The notes: generated by a model not told the origin, from the sequence alone. Shown: positions 38,219 through 49,116, counted from the first letter of the stretch. The stretch is DNA of 64,000 bases from Parcubacteria group bacterium (GCA_943354045.1 CALRBF010000002.1:60726-124725), one strand, 5' to 3'. Numbers and translations are program-made.

Positions 38219-40174
38219 ATGGAGTATACTATATGTATGTATATTTTGCAAGTTGTCCCTCTCATCAAACTCCCTGGTCAAATAAGCCAAACTTTGACCT
38301 ATTATGCTTCCGAGAATATTCTCCCGGGAACTCTTATCTTAGTGGGAGTTCGTAATACAGATATTACCGCAATAGTTTATTTTTGTCAAGAGTTGACAAA
38401 TGCCAAACAAGATTTAAAGAAATTTGCAAACTTTAGCCCCAAACCGATTCATAAACGATTTTCTGAGAATAGCCTTTTGACAAGCCAACAATTAGAATTA
38501 GCCCAGTGGATGAGTAATTATTATGCCCATGCTCTTGGCAATATTATCAAATTATTTATACCCAAATTATCCAACAAAATTAAACGCTATCCCAATATAC
38601 TCAATGTAATATCTCCTCAAGTAGAATTAGGCCCTGATTATATACCAAAAGTATTCCTAGGAACTCTTACTAAACGTCTCAAACACTATCACACCATTCT
38701 CAAATCAAATATAGGTCAAATACTGATATTAGTACCCGATACTATTAGTCTTGAGAGTTTTGCTCTAGAATTTGCGGACTATAATCCCCTCCTTATAAGC
38801 TCACAACTGGGTATTACAGCCCAGAGAGCCGCTTGGTCTCAAGTCAAATCAGGTGAGGCTAAGATTATCATCGGCACAAGAGGTAATATATTCCTCCCCT
38901 TTCAGCATTTAACTCATATTATTATAGAAGATGAATCTTCTGAATCCTATTATTCTTTTGATACCAAACCTCATTATCATACGACCAGTATTGCAGTCGA
39001 GGTTGCTAAATTATATCAAGCCCATATCACTCTCGCCTCCACTATTCCGAGCATTAGCACTCTTGCTCTATTAGAATCGCATAATCTCAGTCTTCCATCA
39101 GAAGCATATCCTCATATGCCCAAATCCAAAATAAATTTGATTGAAATGCAGACAGAATTCTATAAGGGAAACCGAGATTTATTATCAATACCAGCCCAAA
39201 AAGCTATACAGAAGTCTCTACAAAACAATCAATCCGCCATTATATATGTCAATCGCCGAGGAGAATCGCTATATGTATCTTGCCGCGATTGTGGATATCA
39301 CTTGAGAGACCCCAAAACAGGAACTTTACTCACGGTACATCGTGTAGACACTTTACCAAAAGCTATACCTAATTATACCGAGAATCAAGTACTATTATCC
39401 CATAGCTCACATAAATGGTTTAAGATGATACATATTTGCCCCCAATGCAAATCCCTCAATTTACATCAAGGAGGAATTGGAATTGAGAAAATTGAAGATT
39501 TTAGTAAATCCTTATTCCCCAATACCCCCCATTTTGTACTTTCTAGTGACACCGCCAGCAACTTGGAATATCAACAAAGTATCGTAGATAATTTTAATCA
39601 GACTAAACCCGCAATTCTCCTCACTACGCGTATGATACACAAATTCCTGGATACTATTCCGAAAACTCTCACCATAATCCCCTCCGCTGAATCCCTGGTC
39701 AATTTCCCCGATTATACTATTCGAGAAAAGTCAATACAGGTTTTATCCGAGCTCATAATGCATAGTGATAAAACTCTAATACAGACATTTACCGCTTGGA
39801 ATCGTGATGAGGAAAGCCCCTCACATATTCATACTATTTTGAATCAGCCTATTGCTGAGTTATGGGAACAAGAATATGAGAATCGCAATCTCTATCATTA
39901 TCCCCCGCAATATGAGATTATCGCCATACATTCACAACATCATATCAGATCCAAATCCCTCGCCCAGGCTCTCCGCATCAAAGAGGCTTTATCCAGCATA
40001 CATATACGAGCTCTTGGACCTTTGGAAAAATATCTCGCCCGTGGTAAAGGTCTCTATCGCTTTACCCTCACCATACAAACCACTCCCAAACAAGCCACCT
40101 CTATCAAACGCAAATTAGTCCCCATATTAGAATATGGCCAAGAAATCGAAATCAATCCCCCTAATTTGGTGTAA
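38219..40174 (+). CDS. priA: Primosomal protein N' (PriA) homologue with degenerate helicase Walker A/B motifs
   Basis: N-terminal 3'BD-like domain. Cys4 zinc finger CRDCGY..C..C. At the motif I position the sequence is GTLTKRLKH rather than GxxGSGKT, and motif II is EDES rather than DEEH. The overall alignment with E. coli PriA core regions is otherwise good. Confidence 0.7.
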   Translation: MEYTICMYILQVVPLIKLPGQISQTLTYYASENILPGTLILVGVRNTDITAIVYFCQELTNAKQDLKKFANFSPKPIHKRFSENSLLTSQQLELAQWMSNYYAHALGNIIKLFIPKLSNKIKRYPNILNVISPQVELGPDYIPKVFLGTLTKRLKHYHTILKSNIGQILILVPDTISLESFALEFADYNPLLISSQLGITAQRAAWSQVKSGEAKIIIGTRGNIFLPFQHLTHIIIEDESSESYYSFDTKPHYHTTSIAVEVAKLYQAHITLASTIPSISTLALLESHNLSLPSEAYPHMPKSKINLIEMQTEFYKGNRDLLSIPAQKAIQKSLQNNQSAIIYVNRRGESLYVSCRDCGYHLRDPKTGTLLTVHRVDTLPKAIPNYTENQVLLSHSSHKWFKMIHICPQCKSLNLHQGGIGIEKIEDFSKSLFPNTPHFVLSSDTASNLEYQQSIVDNFNQTKPAILLTTRMIHKFLDTIPKTLTIIPSAESLVNFPDYTIREKSIQVLSELIMHSDKTLIQTFTAWNRDEESPSHIHTILNQPIAELWEQEYENRNLYHYPPQYEIIAIHSQHHIRSKSLAQALRIKEALSSIHIRALGPLEKYLARGKGLYRFTLTIQTTPKQATSIKRKLVPILEYGQEIEINPPNLV

Positions 40175-40233
40175 TACCTTGCTTTTTTGCCTCATTTATG
40201 CTATAATATAGTAACAAATTGTTATACTATTAT

Positions 40234-40752
40234 ATGATTCTTGATATTGAAACAGGGCTTAAAAATCCTATTCTCCGTACCAAATCTGAACCTATTGATT
40301 CTATTACTCGAGATATTCATAAATTAGCTCGAGATATGAAATCTAGTATTAGACCTCATCATGGGATGGGGCTTGCTGCTCCACAAGTCGGACATAATGT
40401 GCGATTGATTTTGATTAATGTCCCAGGAGAGCATTTTGAAGAGTCAGGATTTGAGGCTTGTGCTTTGGATCAACATTATGTAATTATTAATCCTGAATTA
40501 ACCGCTTTGAGTAAGGATACCGCTACTATGGAAGAGGGGTGTTTGTCTTTACCTGAATATTTTGCTGATGTGATTCGCCCTACCAGTATTGAATTTACGG
40601 GGCTTAATCTAAAAGGTGAGAAAATTGGTGGTAAGGCTTTTGGAATTTTTGCTCGAATTCTGCAACATGAAATTGATCATCTTGATGGCGTATTATTCGC
40701 GGATAAGGCTCTTCCTGTAAAGCTAAAACAAAGTGGGAAAGTGTATGTCTAA
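40234..40752 (+). CDS. def: Peptide deformylase
   Basis: GLAAPQVG, EGCLSLPEY, HEIDHLDGVLF. Confidence 0.9.
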   Translation: MILDIETGLKNPILRTKSEPIDSITRDIHKLARDMKSSIRPHHGMGLAAPQVGHNVRLILINVPGEHFEESGFEACALDQHYVIINPELTALSKDTATMEEGCLSLPEYFADVIRPTSIEFTGLNLKGEKIGGKAFGIFARILQHEIDHLDGVLFADKALPVKLKQSGKVYV

Positions 40753-41698
40753 ACCCCGTATTGTAGTTTGGGGTACTCCACAGCTTACGGTTGCTATTGC
40801 TGAGTCCCTACTCGATTGGGCCGATATTGTGGCCATTATTACTACTCCTGATACTCCGCAGGGGCGTAAAAGAATTTTAACTCCTAGTCCTCTCAAAGTA
40901 TTTGGGGAAAGTAATTCTATTGCCGTGTATAGCCCTCATTCTCTCAAAAATCCTGAGACTAGTGAATTATTGCGTACATTATCTGCTGATATTTGGCTAA
41001 TTATTGCCTATGGTAAAATTATTCCGCAGGCTATATTAGATATTATGCCTCATCGAGTGCTGAATATTCATCCTTCAAGACTACCTCAATATCGTGGACC
41101 ATCTCCTATACAGGCGAGTTTACGCAATGGGGATACTAGTACTGCTGTTAGCTTGATGGAGCTAGATCATCTTATGGATCATGGACCTATTATTGCTCAA
41201 GAGGAAATGAGTATATCCCCTACTGATACCTATATTGAACTTGAGGCAAAAGTTATCACTGTTGCGGCTGATATACTGAGACAAAATCTCATTCCTTTTA
41301 TGAATGGAGAAATCACCCCCTGGGTTCAAGATGATACTCAAGCTAGTATTGTGAAAATGGTACAGAAAATTGATGGGCTTATTGATTGGGAGAGTCAATC
41401 AGCCGAGTATATTATGAATGCCTATAGAGCTTATACTATTTGGCCTCAAGTATATACCTATCTCAATACGGACAAAAAGATTGTATTTGATAGATTAGAT
41501 CTTGAGCATATATCTGATATTAAGCTGAAGCCAGGATATTGGCAATTGGATTCTAGTAATCATACTCTGATTATTGGGACAAAAATAGGTAATATTGCGG
41601 TCAAAGAATTAACTGTAGAGGGGAAAAATACTATTACTGCTGATAGCTTTGCCAATGGATATGCTGGGGTATATTTTGTGAATAAAAAACAAGACTAA
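40745..41698 (+). CDS. fmt: Methionyl-tRNA formyltransferase
   Basis: NIHPSRLPQYRGPSPIQASL formyl-transferase core. Start MSKPRIVVWGTP overlaps the def stop by 8 nt. Confidence 0.9.
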   Translation: MSKPRIVVWGTPQLTVAIAESLLDWADIVAIITTPDTPQGRKRILTPSPLKVFGESNSIAVYSPHSLKNPETSELLRTLSADIWLIIAYGKIIPQAILDIMPHRVLNIHPSRLPQYRGPSPIQASLRNGDTSTAVSLMELDHLMDHGPIIAQEEMSISPTDTYIELEAKVITVAADILRQNLIPFMNGEITPWVQDDTQASIVKMVQKIDGLIDWESQSAEYIMNAYRAYTIWPQVYTYLNTDKKIVFDRLDLEHISDIKLKPGYWQLDSSNHTLIIGTKIGNIAVKELTVEGKNTITADSFANGYAGVYFVNKKQD

Positions 41699-41700
41699 CA

Positions 41701-41729
41701 TTGACAAAATTGCTATTTTATGCTATAGT
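41701..41729 (+). promoter_or_regulatory. Consensus sigma70 promoter TTGACA-17-TATAGT for the glycosyltransferase gene
   Basis: TTGACA 41701-41706, TATAGT 41724-41729. ATG at 41756. Confidence 0.5.
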
Positions 41730-41755
41730 TTTTGTCTGTAGAACTAATATCCCAT

Positions 41756-42862
41756 ATGGTCATAGCATTTGTTGGTACCAGAGGAATTCCCTATCAAAAT
41801 ACTCGAGATAGAAATGAGTATAACTGTGAAATTGTAGCGACTCAATTGGCAAGACGAGGGCATTCTGTATATGTACTCTCAGACCCTAATTACACACAAT
41901 TAACGGAATATAAGAATATTCTTATTATTCCCAGTCAACCTAAAGTCAAGTCCATTATTCGTGAGCTCCGGAAAATAGAAAATCTTGATATTGTACATAT
42001 TAGATCGCTAGAATATGCTTGGGTGGCTTTTTGGGTATCATTACAAATGCCTCAAGTAAGAGTTATTTTTGATTATCATCAATATACTTTTGTCAATAGC
42101 AAAAAGAATAGACGACGCTATATGCTACTCTCTTATATATCTGCTCAGTTTTCTGATTCTTTGATTATAGATAATCCAGAATTACAAACTCTATTTAACT
42201 CTTCTTTTAAATCAAAAGTATATAGTATACCAACAGGAATTGATACTGCTTCTATTGTAAATTCTCAAAATAATTTCAAAGATTTATACCCTCAAGAATA
42301 TATTCTGGTTCATAATGGGCAATATAGAGATTCTGAGAGTTTAGAATTATGGTTAAAGGCATATCGCAAACATAATCTGAATCTTCCTGTTATTGTACTG
42401 GGTAAAGTAAAGCCATCTATACGTGAGTCTTATCAAAGTGATATTATTCTTTTTGTGGGAGAATTAAGCGGGAATACCGAACAAGCTCTGATTCAAAATG
42501 CTCATATATTTGTAGAGATTTCTCCTAATAATGAAGATAAATATCCTCTATCCCTAGCTCTGATTGCTGGAATTCCCGTTCTTGCTTCAAAAGGAGAATA
42601 TAATCAAGAATTAATAAAAGCAAATGGAATATTCTTTACTCCTTATAATTATAGCTCTATTGTAACTGGTCTCAATATTATTGAGGATATGTATCCTATT
42701 CTCAAGCGCATAGCCTCAGAATATATGCCAATAATTCAAGATATATTATCTATTGAGGGTCAAGTACACAAATATCTGTATGCTTATCTCAATACATTTG
42801 AAGCAAAAAAAGCTCGTAAATATCTTGAAAAACCTCGCTTCTCTATACCCGTAATTGGTTAA
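41756..42862 (+). CDS. GT4-family (GT-B) glycosyltransferase
   Basis: MVIAFVGTRGIPYQNTRDRNEYNCEIVATQLARRGHSVYVL N-terminal domain pattern. C-terminal domain with E..G.PV.AS motif region. The ORF-track TTG start at 41732 lies inside the promoter. Confidence 0.65.
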   Translation: MVIAFVGTRGIPYQNTRDRNEYNCEIVATQLARRGHSVYVLSDPNYTQLTEYKNILIIPSQPKVKSIIRELRKIENLDIVHIRSLEYAWVAFWVSLQMPQVRVIFDYHQYTFVNSKKNRRRYMLLSYISAQFSDSLIIDNPELQTLFNSSFKSKVYSIPTGIDTASIVNSQNNFKDLYPQEYILVHNGQYRDSESLELWLKAYRKHNLNLPVIVLGKVKPSIRESYQSDIILFVGELSGNTEQALIQNAHIFVEISPNNEDKYPLSLALIAGIPVLASKGEYNQELIKANGIFFTPYNYSSIVTGLNIIEDMYPILKRIASEYMPIIQDILSIEGQVHKYLYAYLNTFEAKKARKYLEKPRFSIPVIG

Positions 42863-43270
42863 TTATTCTGTGGGATTTTCTTCTGCTGTTTCTACGTGAA
42901 TATGTTCTTCTCCATGATCATGGTTATGTCCATCATGATTATGCTCAAGTTCTAATTCTTGGGTCAAATTCTTGGTGATTTCCTCTTTATGCTGCACTAA
43001 TTCCGCTTTTAATACTTCTATTTGATTTGCAAATATATCGCTAAGAGTCGGAACATTTTCTTGAATATAGGTAGTGACGAGCTCCGGATCATTATCATTG
43101 AGTAAAGTGTCTAAATGCTGAGCTTGCTCTTCACTAAGGGTATCATAAGCCGCACTGAGTACACGAACTTCGAGAATTTGAGTTAATTCATCTACCAATT
43201 GAGCTCTATTCTCAAGAGGTAAATCTTCTAGCCCTAATAATGTGATGATATTGTCTTGTGCATTGTCCAT
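42863..43270 (-). CDS. Small acidic protein with His-rich C-terminal tail (HNHDGHNHDHGEEHIH), immediately downstream of the giant ORF
   Basis: ORF of 135 aa; a 14-nt gap separates it from the 1450-aa gene. Confidence 0.45.
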   Translation of the reverse strand: MDNAQDNIITLLGLEDLPLENRAQLVDELTQILEVRVLSAAYDTLSEEQAQHLDTLLNDNDPELVTTYIQENVPTLSDIFANQIEVLKAELVQHKEEITKNLTQELELEHNHDGHNHDHGEEHIHVETAEENPTE

Positions 43271-43284
43271 ATTATTGTAATTAA

Positions 43285-46200
43285 TTATTTGTTAAGTACT
43301 TGTCGCACAGCTTCTTTAATTCCTATCATTTTACTTGGCTGTAAGAATGTAGAAAGTGGCTGTAATCTAGTTCCACCATTTGGCAGTCTAATTTGATTCC
43401 AGAATCCAGATGTTGGAATATTCCTATTACCACTAAATTCCGCCCAGTTAAACTTTGATACAAATTCTTCTGGAGATTTGATATCCTTAAATCTTAGATA
43501 TTCTTTGAATAATTGAATATTCTGATTATTAATATCTGGATTATTTACAATTGCATCATAAAGCCACTGTTTACCTGCATCAGTTTGTACATAAGTATCT
43601 AATACCTGCTTACCTAAATTAGAGTCATAAGGCAAGTTCCCTAATTCATTAGCGATATATCTCTGTACTACACCTAAAGAGTTTGTTCCTTTAGTTAATT
43701 CCACCATATCTGGAGCATCTTCAAATCTAGCTAAAATAGTCTGATTCAAAACTTTTCTTAACTCATCAGAGTTTATGTTATTAACTACTTCAGACATTTG
43801 CTCTGGACTTAAGTTTGCAAATCCATTAGATAAAAATGTAGATCCTTCACCTGTATTGATTATAGAGTTATAGATTACTTCTCTTCCATAATCATCTGTA
43901 AAATATGATTGTATAATTTCTTTAGCTTGTAAATCTGTAAGATTTTGCTTACCTAATATTTCAGATAAATCTCTAGTAAATTCACTAGTTGCAACTGGTG
44001 GAACTTCTGGAGATGGAGTTGCTACTGGAGCTTCGGCTGCTGGTGGAACTATAGGCTCTGATCCTAAAGATTCAGTGCCTACTGGTGATGATGCTGGTGT
44101 TTCGGAATATACTGGATCAATAGTAGGAGCTTCTGCTGGAGATGGAGCAACATATTCTGCTGGTTGAAATGCCTCAAGATGATCTATGTTAAAATGACTA
44201 ATTCCCTCTAATTGACCTGGACCTAGATATCTTGAAACTTCATATAATTGCCCTTTTGAAAGGCTGGCCATTTCATTAGCATTATCTATTCCCCATTGAG
44301 CTAATAATCCTCTTCCCCCTTCGGTACCTTGCGCTAATTGAAACATCGTATTCTGACCTACTCCCGACTGCACATAATTTTCTAAGGCATGCTGTATTTG
44401 GTCTGGACTAGCATTTGGCCCTAATTGTTTAGCTATTTCTCCCCATAAAGTCTCACCTTTACTTAATTGAGATATATCTTGTAATTGTTCTGGGGATAGA
44501 TTTTGAGTAGCTGCTTTGGTAGCTTCAGTTGCAGCACCCGTACCTTCTGGAGTTGGAGAAATTGGTTCCACTTCAGGTTTTGAGGTAGCAGCAACTTGCT
44601 CTGGATTAAATACTCCTCCTGGTCGCATCATATCAACTGCTAATGAGGTCATAAGGCCTCCACCCACTGCTGTTCCTACTACATTGGCAATAGTTCTATT
44701 TCTTTGTTGCTTTTGTAATTCTGTAATACGTTTTTCTGATAAAGTAGTTAATAGTCTACTTGTATATTGTTGATTTTGTTCTGGAGAAGAGAATACAAAT
44801 TTCTCAGAAGCTCCTTGTATGGCGACTTCATTAGTAATATCTTCTGAGCTTATAATCTCATCTTTAGCTTTCAGGGTATTAGTTGAACTTGATTCTTGTT
44901 TTACTTGTTTTGCAATACTTTCACGCTGTACTCTACTACCCAACTCAGTTAATATAGCCTCATAAGCTGTTTGCTGTGATTCATTAGTAAATTTACCACC
45001 ATTAAGGCGATAATAGGCCTCAAGTGTACTAAGCTTTGTACTTAAATCAGCATCATTTGCATTATTAATATAATCATCTTTCAATGAATCTTCTACTAAT
45101 TTTGGTATAACTGCTTTAAATTTAATACCAAATCTGTTTATCTCTCCATCCTCCATCAGACCTACTAAAGTATTCCTTGAGCTAACTCCTGACATAACAC
45201 TTCCCAGAGATCTTCTTGTCATTTCTAAAGCTCCTGATACTGGTATCCCTGCTCCAGTCGAAGATAATAAAGCACCTGCAGCAAAAAGACCTATATTAGC
45301 TAACATCCATCGAGTTTTATTTTTAGTTGCCCAACCTAAGAACTTTTCTTTGGCACCATTAAACCTCTTCTCCCATTTACCTTGTAGCTCTTGGGACTGA
45401 TCTATCCTACTATCTCTCAAATTCTTAACCTCTTGTGTAAAGACTCTATGTATTTCTGACTCTAAACCTTGAGCTGCCATAATACCAATAACTTCCTCAA
45501 CTGTTTGATTATATTCTCCTCTTAGTCTTTCTAATTCTAATTTTGCACTCTCATCATTACGATTTCTATTATAAAATTCTTCAGCTCGGGCATAAGCTGT
45601 TCTCAAATCTGTGATATTAATTTTATATGATGAGTCTACATTTTTTTCAAAATCAGGTATTGATTTATATCCCACCGCCTCACTACCTGACAATGTAGAT
45701 AATGGGATGTTGGTATCATCTACAATAACTCCCTTTATAAATTCATTTTTACTAAGTGTACTGACAATAAAATCTGGAGTTTGTGGATTAAGTCCTGGCA
45801 ATACATAGCCTGTATAATGTAAGTCAGAATCTACTGCATCTAAATTAATATCTGTAAGTATATGAGCTGGTCGAGCTTTACCTATCAAATTTGCGACACT
45901 ATAAGTTCGATTTAATTCTATATTTTTACTATGATGTTTAATGGTAATAATATTTCCATTTTCATCAAATCCATATCCTTGTGCTTCTAGATAATCTTTT
46001 GTATTTTTTGCTTCTGGATGTGATAAATCTATATCTCTTTGTTGCGGAAGAGCAAAGATTTCTCCTCCCTTAATATGCGCAAGTTTATTCTGAGCTTCCC
46101 AAGCAGCTTGCTCAAATGCACGATATCTCTCATTTGTTGCCAGATCTCGAGTATGGAAAGGATGCTCTTGTGCAAATTGTTGATATGTAGCAATAGCTTG

Positions 46201-47637
46201 AAGAGATTCTTGTTTTAATTGTTCAATTTCTGCACTCTTATCAAGGGTTTCTAATTCTCCTTCACCGGGAGATATTTCACCCTCTATTCTAGCTAATGCA
46301 CCTCCCGTTTCTCGTTCAGCAATACTATTAGTTAAATCACCTAATTCTTGCGCTAATTCTTCTGCTCCAGGCAATCCATCAAGTAGTGTTTCTGTCTCTG
46401 GATCTAATCCGGAAGGATTTGTTTCAGTTGTTGACACGCTTTCATCTTGCCTAAGATCCTGTTCAGGTGGGACTTCAAGAGTTTTTCCTTCACCCCGAAT
46501 ATCAAACCCATCATCTGATCCCTGCTCATTCAATATTTCAGTAGAGACAGAATGTTCCTCCACAACTACTCCAGGGGTCAATTCTCCACTAGTACCACCA
46601 TATGCTGATAATCCATAGAGTGCTCTTGTTGCATTAATAAATTCTAAATATTCTCCAGATATATCTGCATTTTTTTGCTGTGCTTTTATTAATTCATAAT
46701 TAGGTAAATCTGTAAGCTTTGGCATTATACCAGTAGCTTGTATACCCCTTACCAAATTATCTCTTTCTAAATCATCAGCTATTAATAACCAGTCTGATAA
46801 ATAATTCCTAGCCCTTGTATAATCATCTGTAGTTGCTAATTTAGTGTGCTCTAGATATGGATAAGCTTGTATTCTAGCTTGTATTTCAGTGTCTATTACT
46901 TCTGTCTGTTCAGTTTGTTCTGCGCTTAGAGTTTCAAGACCAATTTGTTCTCTCCAAACAGCTCTATTCTCTGGAGTTAATTCACCCCACTGTAATTCCT
47001 CTGGGATATTTTTATCATTTGCTTCAATTGCTAATCTTAATTTATATTCTAACGCACCTTTATCATCCCCCTCAGGAATACCAAGTAGTCTACCAAAAGT
47101 TGGGATAATATATGTAGAAGGATCTCTACTACTTTCCTTATCTCCCTTTCCTAGAGTAAGTTCATTCTTAAATTCATTATTTGTTAATCTAATATGACCA
47201 GGTTTTTGTTTGGGATCAGACTCCCCACCATTTTCATTACGAGGTTTTTGCCATGTTATTTCATGGGGTGCAGATTCTCCTAACTCATTACCTTCTTCTG
47301 GGTCAGGAGATTCTACAGGAGGAACATATTCTGATAGTCCATACCATGTTCTTGCCTCACCTATATCATATGTAGCATCTCCCTCAAGGGCTTTAGGTAC
47401 TACACCCAATTGAAGAATTTGATCTTTTAGTGTCCCATATTCTGGATCACCTGATGTAATCTGAAGTTGCTTGGCTAGTGTTTTTAAAGCGGTTTTACGC
47501 TCTCTAATATCTAGTATAACTTGATACTCAAATGGAGGAACATTTCCTTGTAAATCAACATAATCTTTTGAAGTTGATATATCGCTCTCACTTCCTTCAT
47601 AAGGTTGTTCGAGATTAGATCCATACGACTTTCCCAT
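43285..47637 (-). CDS. Giant hypothetical protein (1450 aa) with two central TM segments and a Pro/Ala-rich low-complexity block
   Basis: Uninterrupted ORF. TM candidates WMLANIGLFAAGALLSSTGAGIPVSGAL and IANVVGTAVGGGLMTSLAVDMM. PAAEAPVATPSPEVPPVATS linker. No N-terminal signal peptide and no recognised catalytic motif. Confidence 0.55.
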   Translation of the reverse strand: MGKSYGSNLEQPYEGSESDISTSKDYVDLQGNVPPFEYQVILDIRERKTALKTLAKQLQITSGDPEYGTLKDQILQLGVVPKALEGDATYDIGEARTWYGLSEYVPPVESPDPEEGNELGESAPHEITWQKPRNENGGESDPKQKPGHIRLTNNEFKNELTLGKGDKESSRDPSTYIIPTFGRLLGIPEGDDKGALEYKLRLAIEANDKNIPEELQWGELTPENRAVWREQIGLETLSAEQTEQTEVIDTEIQARIQAYPYLEHTKLATTDDYTRARNYLSDWLLIADDLERDNLVRGIQATGIMPKLTDLPNYELIKAQQKNADISGEYLEFINATRALYGLSAYGGTSGELTPGVVVEEHSVSTEILNEQGSDDGFDIRGEGKTLEVPPEQDLRQDESVSTTETNPSGLDPETETLLDGLPGAEELAQELGDLTNSIAERETGGALARIEGEISPGEGELETLDKSAEIEQLKQESLQAIATYQQFAQEHPFHTRDLATNERYRAFEQAAWEAQNKLAHIKGGEIFALPQQRDIDLSHPEAKNTKDYLEAQGYGFDENGNIITIKHHSKNIELNRTYSVANLIGKARPAHILTDINLDAVDSDLHYTGYVLPGLNPQTPDFIVSTLSKNEFIKGVIVDDTNIPLSTLSGSEAVGYKSIPDFEKNVDSSYKINITDLRTAYARAEEFYNRNRNDESAKLELERLRGEYNQTVEEVIGIMAAQGLESEIHRVFTQEVKNLRDSRIDQSQELQGKWEKRFNGAKEKFLGWATKNKTRWMLANIGLFAAGALLSSTGAGIPVSGALEMTRRSLGSVMSGVSSRNTLVGLMEDGEINRFGIKFKAVIPKLVEDSLKDDYINNANDADLSTKLSTLEAYYRLNGGKFTNESQQTAYEAILTELGSRVQRESIAKQVKQESSSTNTLKAKDEIISSEDITNEVAIQGASEKFVFSSPEQNQQYTSRLLTTLSEKRITELQKQQRNRTIANVVGTAVGGGLMTSLAVDMMRPGGVFNPEQVAATSKPEVEPISPTPEGTGAATEATKAATQNLSPEQLQDISQLSKGETLWGEIAKQLGPNASPDQIQHALENYVQSGVGQNTMFQLAQGTEGGRGLLAQWGIDNANEMASLSKGQLYEVSRYLGPGQLEGISHFNIDHLEAFQPAEYVAPSPAEAPTIDPVYSETPASSPVGTESLGSEPIVPPAAEAPVATPSPEVPPVATSEFTRDLSEILGKQNLTDLQAKEIIQSYFTDDYGREVIYNSIINTGEGSTFLSNGFANLSPEQMSEVVNNINSDELRKVLNQTILARFEDAPDMVELTKGTNSLGVVQRYIANELGNLPYDSNLGKQVLDTYVQTDAGKQWLYDAIVNNPDINNQNIQLFKEYLRFKDIKSPEEFVSKFNWAEFSGNRNIPTSGFWNQIRLPNGGTRLQPLSTFLQPSKMIGIKEAVRQVLNK

Positions 47638-47700
47638 AATATTTATTTATTTTACATTATTTTTTAGTATATCATATTGATACACAATTTCCAAATTTTT

Positions 47701-49116
47701 TTAATCAGCTTTACGGGGAGCTATGATTGCCCATGGAGTTTTGAGTAATATGATAATATCTAACCATATGCTCCAATTCTCTATATAAAAGGTATCATAT
47801 AACACTTCTTCTTCAAAACTCAAGTCTGAGCGGCCATTAACTTGGGCCATACCAGTTATTCCCGGTTTGATTGTGAGTACTTTTTTATGATGCTGTTTAT
47901 ATTTTTCCACTTCTCGGGGTTGATGAGGTCGAGGACCTACAAGACTCATACTTCCTGCGAGCACATTAAAGAATTGGGGTAATTCGTCTATGCTGGTTTT
48001 GCGGATAAATTTACCTAATTTGGTAACACGAGGATCATCTTTAATCTTATTCACAGGACCTGCTTTTATACCTTTTTCGGCTAATAATTTTTGTTCTAAA
48101 GCAATAGATGCGGCATTATCTTCATCGGTACATAATTCTTCATACATACTACGGAATTTGTATACATCAAATGGTTTTTTGGCAACTCCTACTCTACGAC
48201 TTTTATATAAAATGGGTCCTGGTGAGTCGATTTTGATTGCAATTATAGTAATAATATATATTGGTAAAAGGATAATAATTGCTATGCTTGCAACAATAAT
48301 ATCGAATAATCTTTTCCAAATACTTCCCCATCCTTCTAGGGTTGTACGCTTTACGCGGAACAATAATACTCCCGAGAGATTTTTTACTTCTACTTGGGTA
48401 TACATATCGAATATATTAGGAATATATTGAAAATCAATTTTATATTCCTCACATAAATAATTAACTTTTATTAATTGGTCTTGTGGTAATTTAGTATCTG
48501 CTAATATGACTTCATCTATCTGTTTAGTAACTGCTAAATGTCTTAAATCTTTTAGATTTAATCCCTGTTGTACTTCTACTATATGATACCCTATACCTGC
48601 TTTGGTATTAAGCGCATCTAATACTAATTTACCTGCTATGTCCCCACCTGTAATAATAAGAACTCTATGTATTCCCCATTTATAATGTCTTATAATAGCA
48701 TCTTGTATGGTATGTATTAATAATCTTCCAATAAGTAAAAAGATAATAGCTAAAGCCCATAAGGAAATAATCAAAAATCTTGAGGAGAATAAGTCTCGAG
48801 AATAAAAGAAATAGTATAAAATAATAATTAAGATTGTAGTAGATACGGAGCTCAAAATACGATAAAATTCGCTCACAATTCCGCGAGTTTTGCGGGTATT
48901 ATACATTCCAGAAAATGCCAAAACAATTATGGTTACTATTGCAAATATAATAACAAAACTATTATACCAATCACTACTAAAATCATAGGGTATGGGACGA
49001 TATTCAATTGCAATGCTTGAAATACGTAATTGATAAGACAATATTCCTGCTAAAATAATGACCAAAAAGTCTATAGGTACTCGTATAGCACTAAATAATA
49101 ACTCAAATCTATTCAT
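47701..49116 (-). CDS. Polyprenyl-phosphate sugar phosphotransferase (WbaP/Bac_transf family)
   Basis: C-terminal catalytic domain LVGPRPHQPREVEKY...KPGITGMAQVNGRSDLSFEE. N-terminal TM region and central Rossmann-like domain. Confidence 0.85.
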   Translation of the reverse strand: MNRFELLFSAIRVPIDFLVIILAGILSYQLRISSIAIEYRPIPYDFSSDWYNSFVIIFAIVTIIVLAFSGMYNTRKTRGIVSEFYRILSSVSTTILIIILYYFFYSRDLFSSRFLIISLWALAIIFLLIGRLLIHTIQDAIIRHYKWGIHRVLIITGGDIAGKLVLDALNTKAGIGYHIVEVQQGLNLKDLRHLAVTKQIDEVILADTKLPQDQLIKVNYLCEEYKIDFQYIPNIFDMYTQVEVKNLSGVLLFRVKRTTLEGWGSIWKRLFDIIVASIAIIILLPIYIITIIAIKIDSPGPILYKSRRVGVAKKPFDVYKFRSMYEELCTDEDNAASIALEQKLLAEKGIKAGPVNKIKDDPRVTKLGKFIRKTSIDELPQFFNVLAGSMSLVGPRPHQPREVEKYKQHHKKVLTIKPGITGMAQVNGRSDLSFEEEVLYDTFYIENWSIWLDIIILLKTPWAIIAPRKAD

